Source: Basidiobolus ranarum | Taxonomy: Eukaryota | Direction: 5' to 3' | DNA: 41,677 bases | Assembly: GCA_040143965.1 (NCBI GenBank) | Contig: JASJQH010006912.1 | Span: 1-41,677 of the forward strand | Shown: in pieces, positions 12,240 through 23,503 of the stretch | Numbering within the stretch: position 1 is the stretch's first letter | Layout of the letters: every line of letters starts with the position of its first letter | The notes under the pieces: generated by a model | Database searches by the model: none | The model's input: only the letters and a program-made list of their open reading frames with translations | What the model was told of the DNA's origin: nothing | Made by a program: the position numbers and the translations under genes

Positions 12240-13947
12240 ATGAATGCTTTTAGGTGTTTAGGCACGGCTCGTTTTTTCCCTAGAGCCTCTTTAAAATTAA
12301 ATGTTCTGTCACGCAACGTAAGAACTACGATATCTCCCAAACCTTGGGGGCCCAATATCCTAAGTAGAGGGTTTACTTCACAATATCGTAGCACTTTCCG
12401 TCAAACCTTTGTTTCAGCTACTCGCCACTTTCAAGCTCCCAAGATATCTTTGTCTATCCCCACGCGTCCTTTCGTTCAGAGGATGGTCACAATGACTAAC
12501 AAAGTTCCTGTGAGTACGAAGGTCATTCGTGATGTATATACACATCCCGCCGTTGGTTACTGGCTAATTGGCATCGGGGCCATGGTTTTTGCCATTGTAG
12601 TTATTGGTGGTATTACCCGACTGACCGAGAGTGGATTGTCAATTGTAGAGTGGAATCTAGTCACTGGTGTGCGCCCTCCTATCACCCAAGCTGAGTGGGA
12701 GGAAGAATTCGAAAAATACAAGCAATTTCCTGAATATAAAATGTAAGCCACTACAGTCTACAAGTCACTCGTGTTTAAAACTAACCCTTCAACAAAGGTT
12801 AAACAAGGAAAAGGGCATGACTCTCGAGGAATTCAAATTTATTTTCTTCTTCGAGTGGGCTCATAGACTTTGGGGACGTGCCATTGGCGCAGCCTTTATT
12901 CTTCCCGCTGCCTACTTTGCTTACAAAGGACATATGTCGAAAGCCGTCACAAAACGTGTGTTAGCTTTGGGTGGTTTGCTTGGCTTCCAGGTACTTGGAT
13001 CTTCATAGTTAATTTCATTCAACAGCTTCTTATCGATTAATTCTATAGGGCGCACTCGGCTGGTATATGGTAAAATCAGGCTTGGCTCACGAGCTTGTTG
13101 AGAACAAAGGAGTTCCTCGTGTAAGCCAATACCGATTGACGGCACATTTAGCTAGTGCCTTTTTCCTGTACCTAGGCTGTTTGTTAACTGGTTGGGATAT
13201 TCTCCGCAATGCCAAGTTAGCTAAGGGAGGTAATCAGGTATGGCGCTAAATTTACTTCAACTAATGTGTTTGATACCTAACACTAACCTAATCTCTAAAG
13301 CACCTTCTGGCTGGTATCAACAACCCTAGACTTAATTTCCTACGTCGCTCAGCAATCGGTCTTTGTGCTCTCGTCTTGTTAACCAGTTTCTCTGGTAAAG
13401 TGAATGGTTCATTTTATTCCCTCCGGTATAGCACAGCATATTAATTGAGATTTTTCAGGTGGTTTTGTTGCTGGCTTAGACGCTGGTATGCTCTACAATG
13501 AATTCCCATTGATGGGAGGCCGATTAATGCCTGAAAGCAACGAAATTTGGTCCGATAACTTTGCTCGTACCGGTGATTCGACTAAATGGCGCAACATATT
13601 TGACAACCCTGTAACAGTTCAATTTGAACATCGTGTATTGGTCAGTACAATGAAGTACTATATTTTTTGGTTCTTTAACTTATGAGTGAAATATTCTGTA
13701 GGCTACATCCTCACTTGCCGCCGTCACTGCTCTGTACTATTATTCAAAGAGGCTTCCGCTTCCCAAGCATATAACTACAGCAGTGAATGCTGTAGTGGGA
13801 ATGGCTGTGGTCCAAGTTACTTTGGGCATTACCACTCTATTGTATGTTGTGCCTGTTTCCTTGGGCGCCGCTCATCAAGGTGGCTCCCTGGCGTTACTCA
13901 CTACTTCACTCTACCTGTTACACACGCTCAAGAGACTCCCCAAATAG
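12240..13947 (+). CDS. COX15: Heme A synthase COX15 with mitochondrial presequence, 6 exons
   Basis: VVIGGITRLTESGLSIVEW, FFEWAHRLWGR, GWYMVKSGL, VSQYRLTAHL, GGFVAGLDAG, VQFEHR and LGAAHQ; Arg/Ser-rich N-terminus; stop TAG at 13945-13947. Confidence 0.95.
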
Positions 13948-14362
13948 AATCTAGAGAACGTGACAAATTCCATTTTTTAAATAGCATGTCTTCATTTTCT
14001 CTTATACAGTCATAACGTGATCTGATATATGTTTACGCTGACCTTTTTTCTTTAACGTAGATATTTTCGATTACTGTTGATAGCAACACTTCATGGTTCC
14101 CACTCATTATATACGAAATAAACTAACATTCGACCATCTGTTCGTTCCGCAACAAACTCTCATTAATCTTTCCCGTAGTCGATGTCTATGTGTTGTGACT
14201 AGATATAGCAGTAACAAAGAATGGATTTTGATTTTATTGATTTACTTCGGATATTGTTATCGTGATTATTGGATATGATGAAAAGAAAAATCCAAATGGG
14301 TTAATCAGTCAAGAGCAGTGTAACGCTTTCGTGGTAGTGCCCCAGGTACTTTCTCTTTGATA

Positions 14363-15151
14363 ATGCACGCCTACTATTACGACACAGACTCTCAAGCAGA
14401 CCCTCGTGAAGCTCACCAGCTAAACCCTAATTTACCAGTATCTCTTGAAAAGCTCAAGGAAGCAGGAGTATTGTACTGGCGTCTAGAAGGTGAAGAAGGT
14501 CGTCAACAATTGGAAAAAATTGCGGAAGAAAGAAAATACCAGAACCGGGATGTAGTAAGTTGAACATGAATTATATATAGAGATACCTGAAACTGGAAAA
14601 ACTCACAAATCCCTCCTCTTTTTTGAATTTTGAAGGTTACCATTGCCCCCGATAAGTTACCAAATTATGAGGAAAAAATCAAAATGTTCTTTGAAGAGTA
14701 AGTTTTAACTTTACTCTTAATACAAGAATTTTCCCTAAAGTGAAGTGTTGTTTTATTTCTACAAACTTAGGCATCTTCATGAAGACGAAGAGATCCGTTA
14801 CATTCTCGAGGGCTCAGGCTATTTTGATATTCGTGGTAAGTTTTTATTCCATATTAACCAGAACATTGGGACTTAAAGTATTTTAGATTCTAGTGACAAG
14901 TGGGTCCGCATTGCGATGGAAGCTGGTGATATGATTGTCTTGGTTTGTACTAGTATCCAACGTATTGTTAAGATTATAATTGACCCTATTTTATTTAGCC
15001 TGCTGGTATATACCATCGTTTCTGTTCTGATACCAAGAATTTTATTGTAGCCATGCGCTTATTTAAAGAGGAACCTAAATGGACAGCTATTAATCGTCCA
15101 GCTGAAGATAATCAATATCGCTTAGATTACTTGAAGTCCATTCAAGTTTAA
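14363..15151 (+). CDS. ADI1: Acireductone dioxygenase (methionine salvage), 5 exons
   Basis: Spliced [25 protein letters not shown]...[14 protein letters not shown]...[11 protein letters not shown], which are the ARD cupin motifs. Confidence 0.95.
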
Positions 15152-15279
15152 AAAGAATATTTCACACATTTTCGATCCACATAAATGAATTTACTTTTAA
15201 TATCAGTTGAGGTGTGCTTTGAACTTGTCTTTAATTACATGTCCCCTTTAACCACGTGATCAATGCGCTAAAGTACTTA

Positions 15280-17569
15280 CTAGTCAGTATTAGTGGAAGA
15301 CGTGGTAGTGGTTGTGTCAGAGTTTTTTTCATGTTTGCGTCTTTTTACGACATCTCTTAGTTCATCCACCATCATAGAAACTTCCCGCTGCTTAAGTCTA
15401 GCTTGCTCCTATGAAAGAGAATTGGTAAAAGTGAGCTAAAATGAAGAGATAATCTAAAGGTTACCTCTTCTTCACGTCGCGTTTTTTGAAACCGGATACG
15501 CTCAGCACGTGTGAGTTTCTAAGGGATTTTCATCAATAAGCACTGGTGTGGGAAGTGTATAGTTGTGAATGAAGGGTTACCTTTTCTACAAGTTTCCTAT
15601 CTTCAGAAACTCCAGAGACGGCTTCAAACACCTTTTCACTAACTTCATGTTCTTCTGAAGGAGAATCGCACGTGATGACTTTGGAACTCGTAGTCACTTC
15701 GTCGGACTCCCGAGGCATAGAATCATCGTTTTCTGGCTTTATATTGCACTCTAGATATATGCTAATCTTTAGTGACAAGGAATCAGGTGGACCAGGTGAA
15801 TTGTGTGAATCTACCTGGAGCTGGAGACTCGAAGTTTTTTAAAAGTCTATCATAACTTTGCTCCCATTCATATATCACATTGTTTAAATCCTGTTTAACA
15901 GCAAGATACTGTTTCGACAAACTCTCCTTATTTAAATCTATGTAATTCAATGAGTTAGGAGCATGCTTAGAAAATCACAGTGTTCCGGTCAATTACCTTC
16001 ACCGGCACTCCGGATGTCTTCACTACAAATATACAGCTTCGCTTGGATTGCTCTGATATGTTGCTCCAATATAGCTAGACCTTGTAGCAATCCCCTACTT
16101 TTCGGATGAGTCTCTTTAGAATTGGTATGTGAGGGCTCCATCATGGGAACATCTTCCACTTTAAACTCATTGTTATGCGCGGTCGATAATCCTACAGTCA
16201 ACCGATCAGTTGTTTCTACGAGATTATCTAACTGCTCAACTAGACGCTTCCATACCGAGACAAACTCGTGTACGGGTAGATGATTTTCAATTTTGAGTAT
16301 TTCAATGAGAGCGAAACGTCGAACTTCATGAAGCATTTGAAATCTCCGTTTGATTGACGCAAGTGTTAAATCCTCTGAATTTTCAACTGGATTGGAATTA
16401 TTAGAGAACTCATAGACTGTGGATTTGGTGTTCTCCAGTACGAGCCTCGTGAAATTTCGATACAATAATATCCCATCGTTAATGATCTCATAGAGCGCAC
16501 GTCGAAAACTTAGACATCTATAGGTAGTGGAATTCTGCTCAATACGCGATATTGGAGGTAAGATTGTTGATCTAAAGACATCAGTCAAGAAATAATCATG
16601 ATTTTCTTTTGGTGGGTTATGTACGCATATTGTTTAAAAGGGATACAATCTATAGCCTCTAGAGACTAACTCAATTTCTTGAATCATTTTCATTGATTTG
16701 TGAATACGAATGTCAAAACTCTGACTTGCATAGATCAGATTTTCCAATACACTTAGAGCAACCTTTTGGATAGCTATCACGCGTTTAGTAGCCTTTTTAA
16801 AGAATCCATTAGTAATCAATAAGCTTTCTCTTTCTTAGAAATGGGTTAAGCGTACCCGTCTCTTTAACCAAACCGTTGTCATCCCGACTCCTGCTAAAGA
16901 GCTGGTGGCTAACCAGAGCCATAACCAAGGGGATTTTCTGCTAGGTTTACTCCACTTGTGATATTCGTCATTGATTAGGAGTTTCATCCATGAACGAGCT
17001 TTTGGAACACTTAATGATATTCCCGCGGCAGAAAACAAGCATAATCCAATAGTACTATGACCAATCTTCGCCTCTTTAACCTCAATTTTTTCTCGGGGTT
17101 TCTTTTGTAAAGGATAGTAATGAACTAGTGGTGTGTCTGCAAGAAGGTATGAGGATTTGACAATATGACTTAAATCTTCGTCAAACCGAGTGAATTGATA
17201 AGGCGTTAAAGTAACCGAACTAAATTCCTATTCCACAAATAAATAAAAGTCCATTAGTTCTATTTCTAAAGTTGTGTAAGGTTTACAAGAGTAAATTCTA
17301 CTCACAGCAAATTCACTCCACCTCTGAAGCAACCAAGAACTCGTCATATTCATCAAGTCCCCTAAATACGCCTGTCTATCCGGTAAATCTATAGCACGAA
17401 CTACTGTTTCTTTACTCTCTATAGCTGCGAAAAAAAGTGGAAAATTCTTTTTTTAATAACATTCTGAGAGGCGATATTATATTGGTGAAAAGTATTTACA
17501 AGCCAAATATTCAGCAAATGGAGTATCTTCGTACGTTACTATCTCGCCTTCATCGTAAAGCTCACTCAT
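15280..17569 (-). CDS. vezA: Vezatin-like protein (VezA), a dynein/endosome transport regulator, about 9 exons
   Basis: N-terminus YEDTPFAEYL, two hydrophobic segments, the signature IQEIELVSRGYRLSTILPPISRIE assembled across the 16646-16572 intron, and C-terminal KLTRAERI. Stop TAG at 15282-15280. Confidence 0.85.
16572..16646 (-). other. U12-type (minor spliceosome) GT-AG intron, 75 nt
   Basis: 5' splice site GTATCCCTTTT; branch TTTCTTGAC with its A 13 nt from the 3' end; no long polypyrimidine tract. Removal restores the conserved vezatin reading frame. Confidence 0.75.
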
Positions 17570-18122
17570 GAGTTCTATATTTTCCTCCAAAGTATTATCT
17601 TATTATCAAGAATGTGAGTTGAACATCAAAGAAGCATCACCTCAAAGAATCTCACCAACAAAAATAACTGAAGTTTTCAAAAGGTTCTTTTGTAACTGAG
17701 AGTGTATTAAGAGGAGAACAAAGGGATGAGGTTAGTAAGAGGTTGGTGAATATCACTCAAAGGTTTTTTGGACGATTTAACCACAAACTTACGAGCCAAA
17801 CTAATTTGTAGGATTAGTTAGTGTAGCGTTCACTTTGTCTTTCTATATACTAGATGGCCTAATCCTAAGTAGCTAAAATCAATGGATCGATTCAAATTAA
17901 CAATATAGGCTAATTAAAATATATTCGTAATATGTTCATCTTATTGTAGACGAATGTTTATTGAATTTTAGAAATAGAAAAGAGCATGAATAGAAATGCT
18001 CCGTGTACCATGTAAGAATCGCATGTAAGAATAGAGTATTCTAAGTCCATAAAAGTCGATTGGTAAAGCTACTTCTGTTTATGAATCAAATAAGAAAGTA
18101 AAGAAATACTCAATGCCAATTG

Positions 18123-20336
18123 TTAATAACGATTACTGAGGGGTTTTCTGAGGGATTTTTTGTTCAATTTGCCAGAGTCGAATGCTGCAGCTTCACTTAA
18201 AGGTCTTCCAAGATTGTCAACATCCTTGACCTTATAGATACGAACAATCCAGTTTTCAGTGGTAAAAGCTTCGTCCATTGTGTGAAGCTTGATAGGTACA
18301 TTAGGTATTTGAACATTACGAACACGATCGTATGCTTGACCACCAAATAGTTCCGCGAAACGGTAATACGACAATTTGTACATCAAAGAGTTCTTCATGG
18401 CAGGCGTGGCACCCGCATCAACACGGAAGTCCCCTTGAGAAGTGAAGAAATCACTCTCTTTAACACCATCTTGGTAGACTCCCTCAGCGATACGAACCAT
18501 CCACAAGAACTTGTTGATATCATCACCAGAATATCCAATAACACCACCGAAAATGACGAGAACATGAGAGACATCATGACGACGCATAATCTCATACGCA
18601 TCATCCTCGGAAGATGCCAAAGCCTTACCAACAGTGGCGATATGAGTATTATTCCAGGTATTGTTATCAACCAAGACGGTACGATTGGCCATACCAGCAA
18701 TTTGGTATCCATAATCCCACCAACACAGGATTTTAGAGTCATCATCGGTGTTTTTACGAAGCCAGTAATATGCCTCTCTGAAATCATCAATAATATGTTG
18801 AGATCCATCAGCTTGACGGGAAGCAAGAACAATGGAAGGAGATGAGTAAGCATTTGATGTGACCCAGGTACAATGGATGACGAATAGAGCGAGGAAGATA
18901 AACAGAACTGTAGTCACAACAAGCTTGGGGCCAAAGCTCTTGATCCCAACTGGAGTTTCTACGTTCTTGGTCTCGGGCTTGCTACCAGATTTGCTAGCGG
19001 TAGAGGCTTTAGCAGCAGCAGCACTGGTAGTAGTCTTGACAACAGTTTTTGGAGACTCCTTCAGATAGACATCTAGGAGCTTGGAAATAGCAACACCACC
19101 AGCGACACAAACAATTGGTGTGAGGGTAAGCATAAGGCGGACCATTACACCGGCAAAATAAGAAGCAGTAATACTATATAAGATTACAAAAACGTGTTCA
19201 TCTTTCAATTCTCTGAAACAGAAGTAGATACCAGCAGGGAAGAATACGATGAGCATCTGAAGATCAAAGAAGAAGGATGACCAGGGTGTAGGCTGATGTT
19301 CTGAGACGGAAGCAATGATAGGAATGTATTTTTTGGCGTATCCGGTATCCCAAAGAGAATAGAAACGACCAGTCCATGGTGCAATATATCCTGCCATTGT
19401 TAAGCCAACAATACCAGCAAATCCAATAACGGAGAGTCCAACAACAGAGAAAGTGAGTAGAGTTTGGAACTGCTTAGCTGGAAGGTGACTTTTGACGAAA
19501 CTAACAAAGGCGACAATTTGGACAAGTCCGAATACACCTAAAGCAGCCATATGCTCGCTGGTTCTAGTTGGTTGGAATCCAACGAAAGGAACTTGCATAG
19601 AAGACAAAGTACCAATGATGTAGAATGTGGAGTAGGCCACATATAGACGGGAAGAGAATCTGCCCATTAAGATCAAAGCGAAAGCATGAAGAGGAATCAA
19701 ATTGATGATGAAAACATATCCACCCCAAGCTGAGACCATGTAGAAATAAAACAGAGCGGTTATCACACCATAGAGGGCAGATCCCAACTTGACTGATTTC
19801 AACCACAAATAGTAGGTGAACATAAGTAGAAAGATGGCAATTCCCTCGTTATCATAGGACCCGGCCACTGAACGAGAGATATATCCAGGTGCGACAGCAA
19901 TGAAAGCGGCTGCTAAAAGACCAGCAGAAGAGTCTTTGACCTCTTTTGTCAAGAGGTAAACGGAGAAAGAAGTAAGGGCAGAGAAGACGGGAGCAAGGAA
20001 AACACACACATTTCTAATGTCCACAGTGAAATTGAAAAAGTGTAAAACTTTGTGGATAATACCAGCAGTCAACATAATTCCGGGGTAAACAGTACCACCT
20101 ACAACTCTACCGAGAGGATACCAAGAACGTTCATCGAACCAATTCAAAAACTCATAAAAGCCGTGCTTAACAAGATGTTGAGTTGTGCGATAGTTGAACC
20201 ATGGGTCGAATTCGTGAATAACAGATTCAAATCGAATAACGGAGAAAAGACGAGACGAGACGGCCACCACTGCAATAATAGAGAGAATGATGACCTTTAA
20301 CAAAGAGGTTTCCGATTTGGTAGATAAACCAAACAT
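18123..20336 (-). CDS. STT3: Oligosaccharyltransferase catalytic subunit STT3, intronless
   Basis: 737-aa ORF with IHEFDPWFN, SYDNEG, SVSEHQP, WWDYGYQI, DNNTWNN and DINKFLWM. Confidence 0.98.
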   Translation of the reverse strand: MFGLSTKSETSLLKVIILSIIAVVAVSSRLFSVIRFESVIHEFDPWFNYRTTQHLVKHGFYEFLNWFDERSWYPLGRVVGGTVYPGIMLTAGIIHKVLHFFNFTVDIRNVCVFLAPVFSALTSFSVYLLTKEVKDSSAGLLAAAFIAVAPGYISRSVAGSYDNEGIAIFLLMFTYYLWLKSVKLGSALYGVITALFYFYMVSAWGGYVFIINLIPLHAFALILMGRFSSRLYVAYSTFYIIGTLSSMQVPFVGFQPTRTSEHMAALGVFGLVQIVAFVSFVKSHLPAKQFQTLLTFSVVGLSVIGFAGIVGLTMAGYIAPWTGRFYSLWDTGYAKKYIPIIASVSEHQPTPWSSFFFDLQMLIVFFPAGIYFCFRELKDEHVFVILYSITASYFAGVMVRLMLTLTPIVCVAGGVAISKLLDVYLKESPKTVVKTTTSAAAAKASTASKSGSKPETKNVETPVGIKSFGPKLVVTTVLFIFLALFVIHCTWVTSNAYSSPSIVLASRQADGSQHIIDDFREAYYWLRKNTDDDSKILCWWDYGYQIAGMANRTVLVDNNTWNNTHIATVGKALASSEDDAYEIMRRHDVSHVLVIFGGVIGYSGDDINKFLWMVRIAEGVYQDGVKESDFFTSQGDFRVDAGATPAMKNSLMYKLSYYRFAELFGGQAYDRVRNVQIPNVPIKLHTMDEAFTTENWIVRIYKVKDVDNLGRPLSEAAAFDSGKLNKKSLRKPLSNRY

Positions 20337-20722
20337 TGCTAATTTTGGACTGAGCTGATTATTGAGCTCTACTAGTATCTAAAGACTTTTAAAAGTAAGT
20401 GAGTGTGTGGCAATAAAAGGTATCGCTTTAGTTATAGTTGCTTTCAACAGATATTGAAGTTTTTGTAACTGCAGGCGTATACTACTTGTTAACTTGACCT
20501 ACCAACCTGACTTCCTTGCTGTGGCCACTTTTCGAAACCTCGCAAGCGTAATCAAGAATAGATAACCGAATTTGTAGTTGACAACCAGTGAACGTGAGCT
20601 ACGTGATTCCCTCGAATATCCAGGATATCCCTATATTATTGCTACATTGGTGGCGATTGGCCCAAAATTCAAACGTAGCATAATCGTCAATAACACAGTT
20701 ACAGCAGATTGATAACCAATGC

Positions 20723-20732
20723 GTCACGTGAC
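20723..20732. promoter_or_regulatory. Perfect palindromic E-box GTCACGTGAC in the divergent STT3 / sorting nexin promoter
   Basis: Matches the bHLH-ZIP consensus (Cbf1 RTCACGTG; TFEB CLEAR GTCACGTGAC); adjacent CCAAT at 20716-20720. Function is not demonstrated. Confidence 0.45.
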
Positions 20733-21101
20733 TATGAATTCTTCAGATCCGAGTATATCATTCCGAAATATTCTAACCAGTCATGGCAGATTAAACAGCA
20801 TTTAGCCATCATGTGTAACAATTGTGACTTTAATATTTTCAAATCGACCGAGTCTACCAACTTCTACCAAGTATTCCTGAACACTTTGATACTGAAGTAA
20901 TTTCAATTACAGAACCCAGTTGCAACAAGTATCTCAATAGGTAGTTTAGATATACCATACGCCTCAGACTTGAAAGTTAACCGAACATATTCTTGGGATC
21001 TAAAACCTTCACAAAATATTGTATCAATACTGTCATTATTTTGTGTTTATGACTCTAAATCTCTAAAGTACAGTTTACTGCAACAAGTATACAATCAAGC
21101 A

Positions 21102-22963
21102 ATGCAATTATCAGTAACCATTCCCGAGGCTGCTTCTGCTTCAGGAATTATCACTTTCAAAGTCGCTCTATCCTATCAAGTAAGGTTTCCTAAAGAATTT
21201 CTCACTCAACCTACTGTCGGTATTAACCATCTTTGTAGGATGCAACTGATATTGAGCCAGTATCTACAAATATTATTTTTAGGAATTTTCAGCAGATTCA
21301 ATGGCTCCACTCCAAGTTATGTACAGCCTTCACCGATATAATCATTCCTCCTCTACCGGACTCTCCTACTCAATCCCTGATAAATGATCTCGACCATGTT
21401 GAAAATAAAAGGCTACAAGTTGAGCGCTTTCTGTGTAAATTAGCTTCACGTCCAGAAATAGTAGACCATGCTGATATGCAATATTTTCTTTCAAACGAAA
21501 TGGTAATCACTTCAACTAGTATATCGAGTCGGAAGCAACGTTAAACTTTATTAATCCCTTTTATACTATAGACTCATCTAGATGTGATAGACACTCGTCG
21601 TGGTACTCTGGGATTCGGTTTTTTGAATCAGATAATGAAACCTAATTATGAGCGAGGGTTCAGAATATTTAGACCTAGTGAGCCCGTTGAAGAAGTAGGT
21701 TTACTGTTAATGTAGGTATTCTATTGGATTGAAATGTAACCTCTATAACATTTGTATATCAGAATGAGCAAGAAGAGTTTCAAAGAAGGCAAATGTATAT
21801 CTTGATGTTGGAAAATCACTTCAGTTTGGTTGTAGAAGGGATCAATACAGTCGTAGAGCAGCGCGAAGGTAAACCCTTAATCATTTTAACCTTTCTACAT
21901 TGTTATATACATATTCTTGATACATTTTATGGAAATAGCTTTAGGAAACATTCTCAGCCAATTTGGTGATATAGCAATCGATTCTTTGCATAGCAAATAT
22001 AGAATGGGCCCTGGTACAAAGATCGATAATCGAGAGAGACACAAGCGTTTTGACGCCGAAATGCAACAATTCGCCATAATGCTAGATGACCTACAGTACA
22101 TTAATCGTCGACAGGTGTGCATTTTGGAATACAAGGAGTCTCTTTATTATTCAAAAGTTTAGTATATGTATTGACTTTTAATACCAGGGCAAAGCCGAAG
22201 TTTTTCGCTTTGGCGATGTGTTTTTAGAGTACAAAGATATGCTAGAGTCTGTAAAGGTAGCTGTTCTTTTGAATTTCCATTTGGAGACTAAAATGTAACC
22301 GATAATGAATTTTTGTAGCACGTCATGAATAACAGAACAGAAATATTAGCTGAATACGTAAGACTGGTCAAGAAACGTAACAAGAGGAGAGACAAAACTG
22401 AAAAGCTTAAACTCAAAACAAATGAGAGCTCACCCGAGGTTCAAGCTGCAATAACTGAAGAGACAAAGGTATGTGATATATTTACTTTGAGATCCCTACA
22501 TTTGGTCATTGACTGGAAATATACTTTCTAGGCAAATGAAAACGTTGAAGTTGAGCAGAAAAAATACGAGTCTTGTCAGAAAAATCTAACTCAAGAGTTA
22601 GTTAGGTTTGAAAGAGAAAAAGCGAAGGACTTTCGAAAAGCTCTTAATGAATTTGTTGAGATACAAATTCATTTTGAGAAAGAGAAATTCCTCTTATTAA
22701 AGAAAACTCTGGATGGACTGAGGGGTAACATCTCCGAATCCCAACTAGCTCGGAAAAGTCCCAGCTTGACTGACATTCCTGTAACAAGTAGGCCAATCCA
22801 CAGTGGAGCAGATTTTGATTTGAGCGATATTGATAGTGACGACGATGCTTTCGAAAGTGAAGACCTTGACGACGAAGAAGTACCTACCCATCCTCGCTTC
22901 ATGGAATCCGAAGCTTGGAATGCAGGTGCGCCTTCAGAAAATTACGATCCGTTAAATGCTTAG
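21102..22963 (+). CDS. PX-BAR sorting nexin, 8 exons; subfamily not resolved
   Basis: Exon 2 encodes RNFQQIQWLHSKLCTAFTDIIIPPLPD...KRLQVERFLCKLASRPEI...YFL (PX domain). Helical BAR-like segments follow (QELVRFEREKAKDFRKALNEFVEIQI), then an acidic tail. Confidence 0.8.
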
Positions 22964-23503
22964 TTACACTATCTTAGTTTATACAATACACACTAATAGC
23001 CTCAATATATCAATATCCAATCAAGCCATAATAAAAGACCTTCCACTTCAGATGTTGTACCAACACTAACTGAGATATCAATGGCAAGGTTCTCGAAGCT
23101 GTGGTTGACACGAGCTTTGTTTCAGCTCCATTGCATGTCATTGTCACCTATGTAACTTGTCGGGGATTAGGCCAGCAACAATAACCCAGATGATACATCA
23201 TTAATAAATAATACACTAATATTAAGCATCGAGTCGAGTCCTAACTCAGAAATAATCATTAACTCGAGGTACAATGAATATTATATGTATTCAGATTTGG
23301 AAAGCATTCCTATTACAGAAAATTTTCAGATTCACTGAGGTGGCCAGGCTAGACTTGTTGGGGTTATTTCATTCAGATCTAACTCATGCAGAGATCTCTT
23401 TAAACTAGGTTTTTGGGGATCGATTTTGAAGTTTTGCATTTGTGCAGTTAATATTTACAGAGCGGGTTCTATTCGAGCACTAACAGTACCTCCTTTCACT
23501 TCG

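Noticed and set aside
13642..13701. TTCTTTAAC U12-like branch in the last COX15 intron
   Set aside because: The donor is GTCAGT, a U2-type site.
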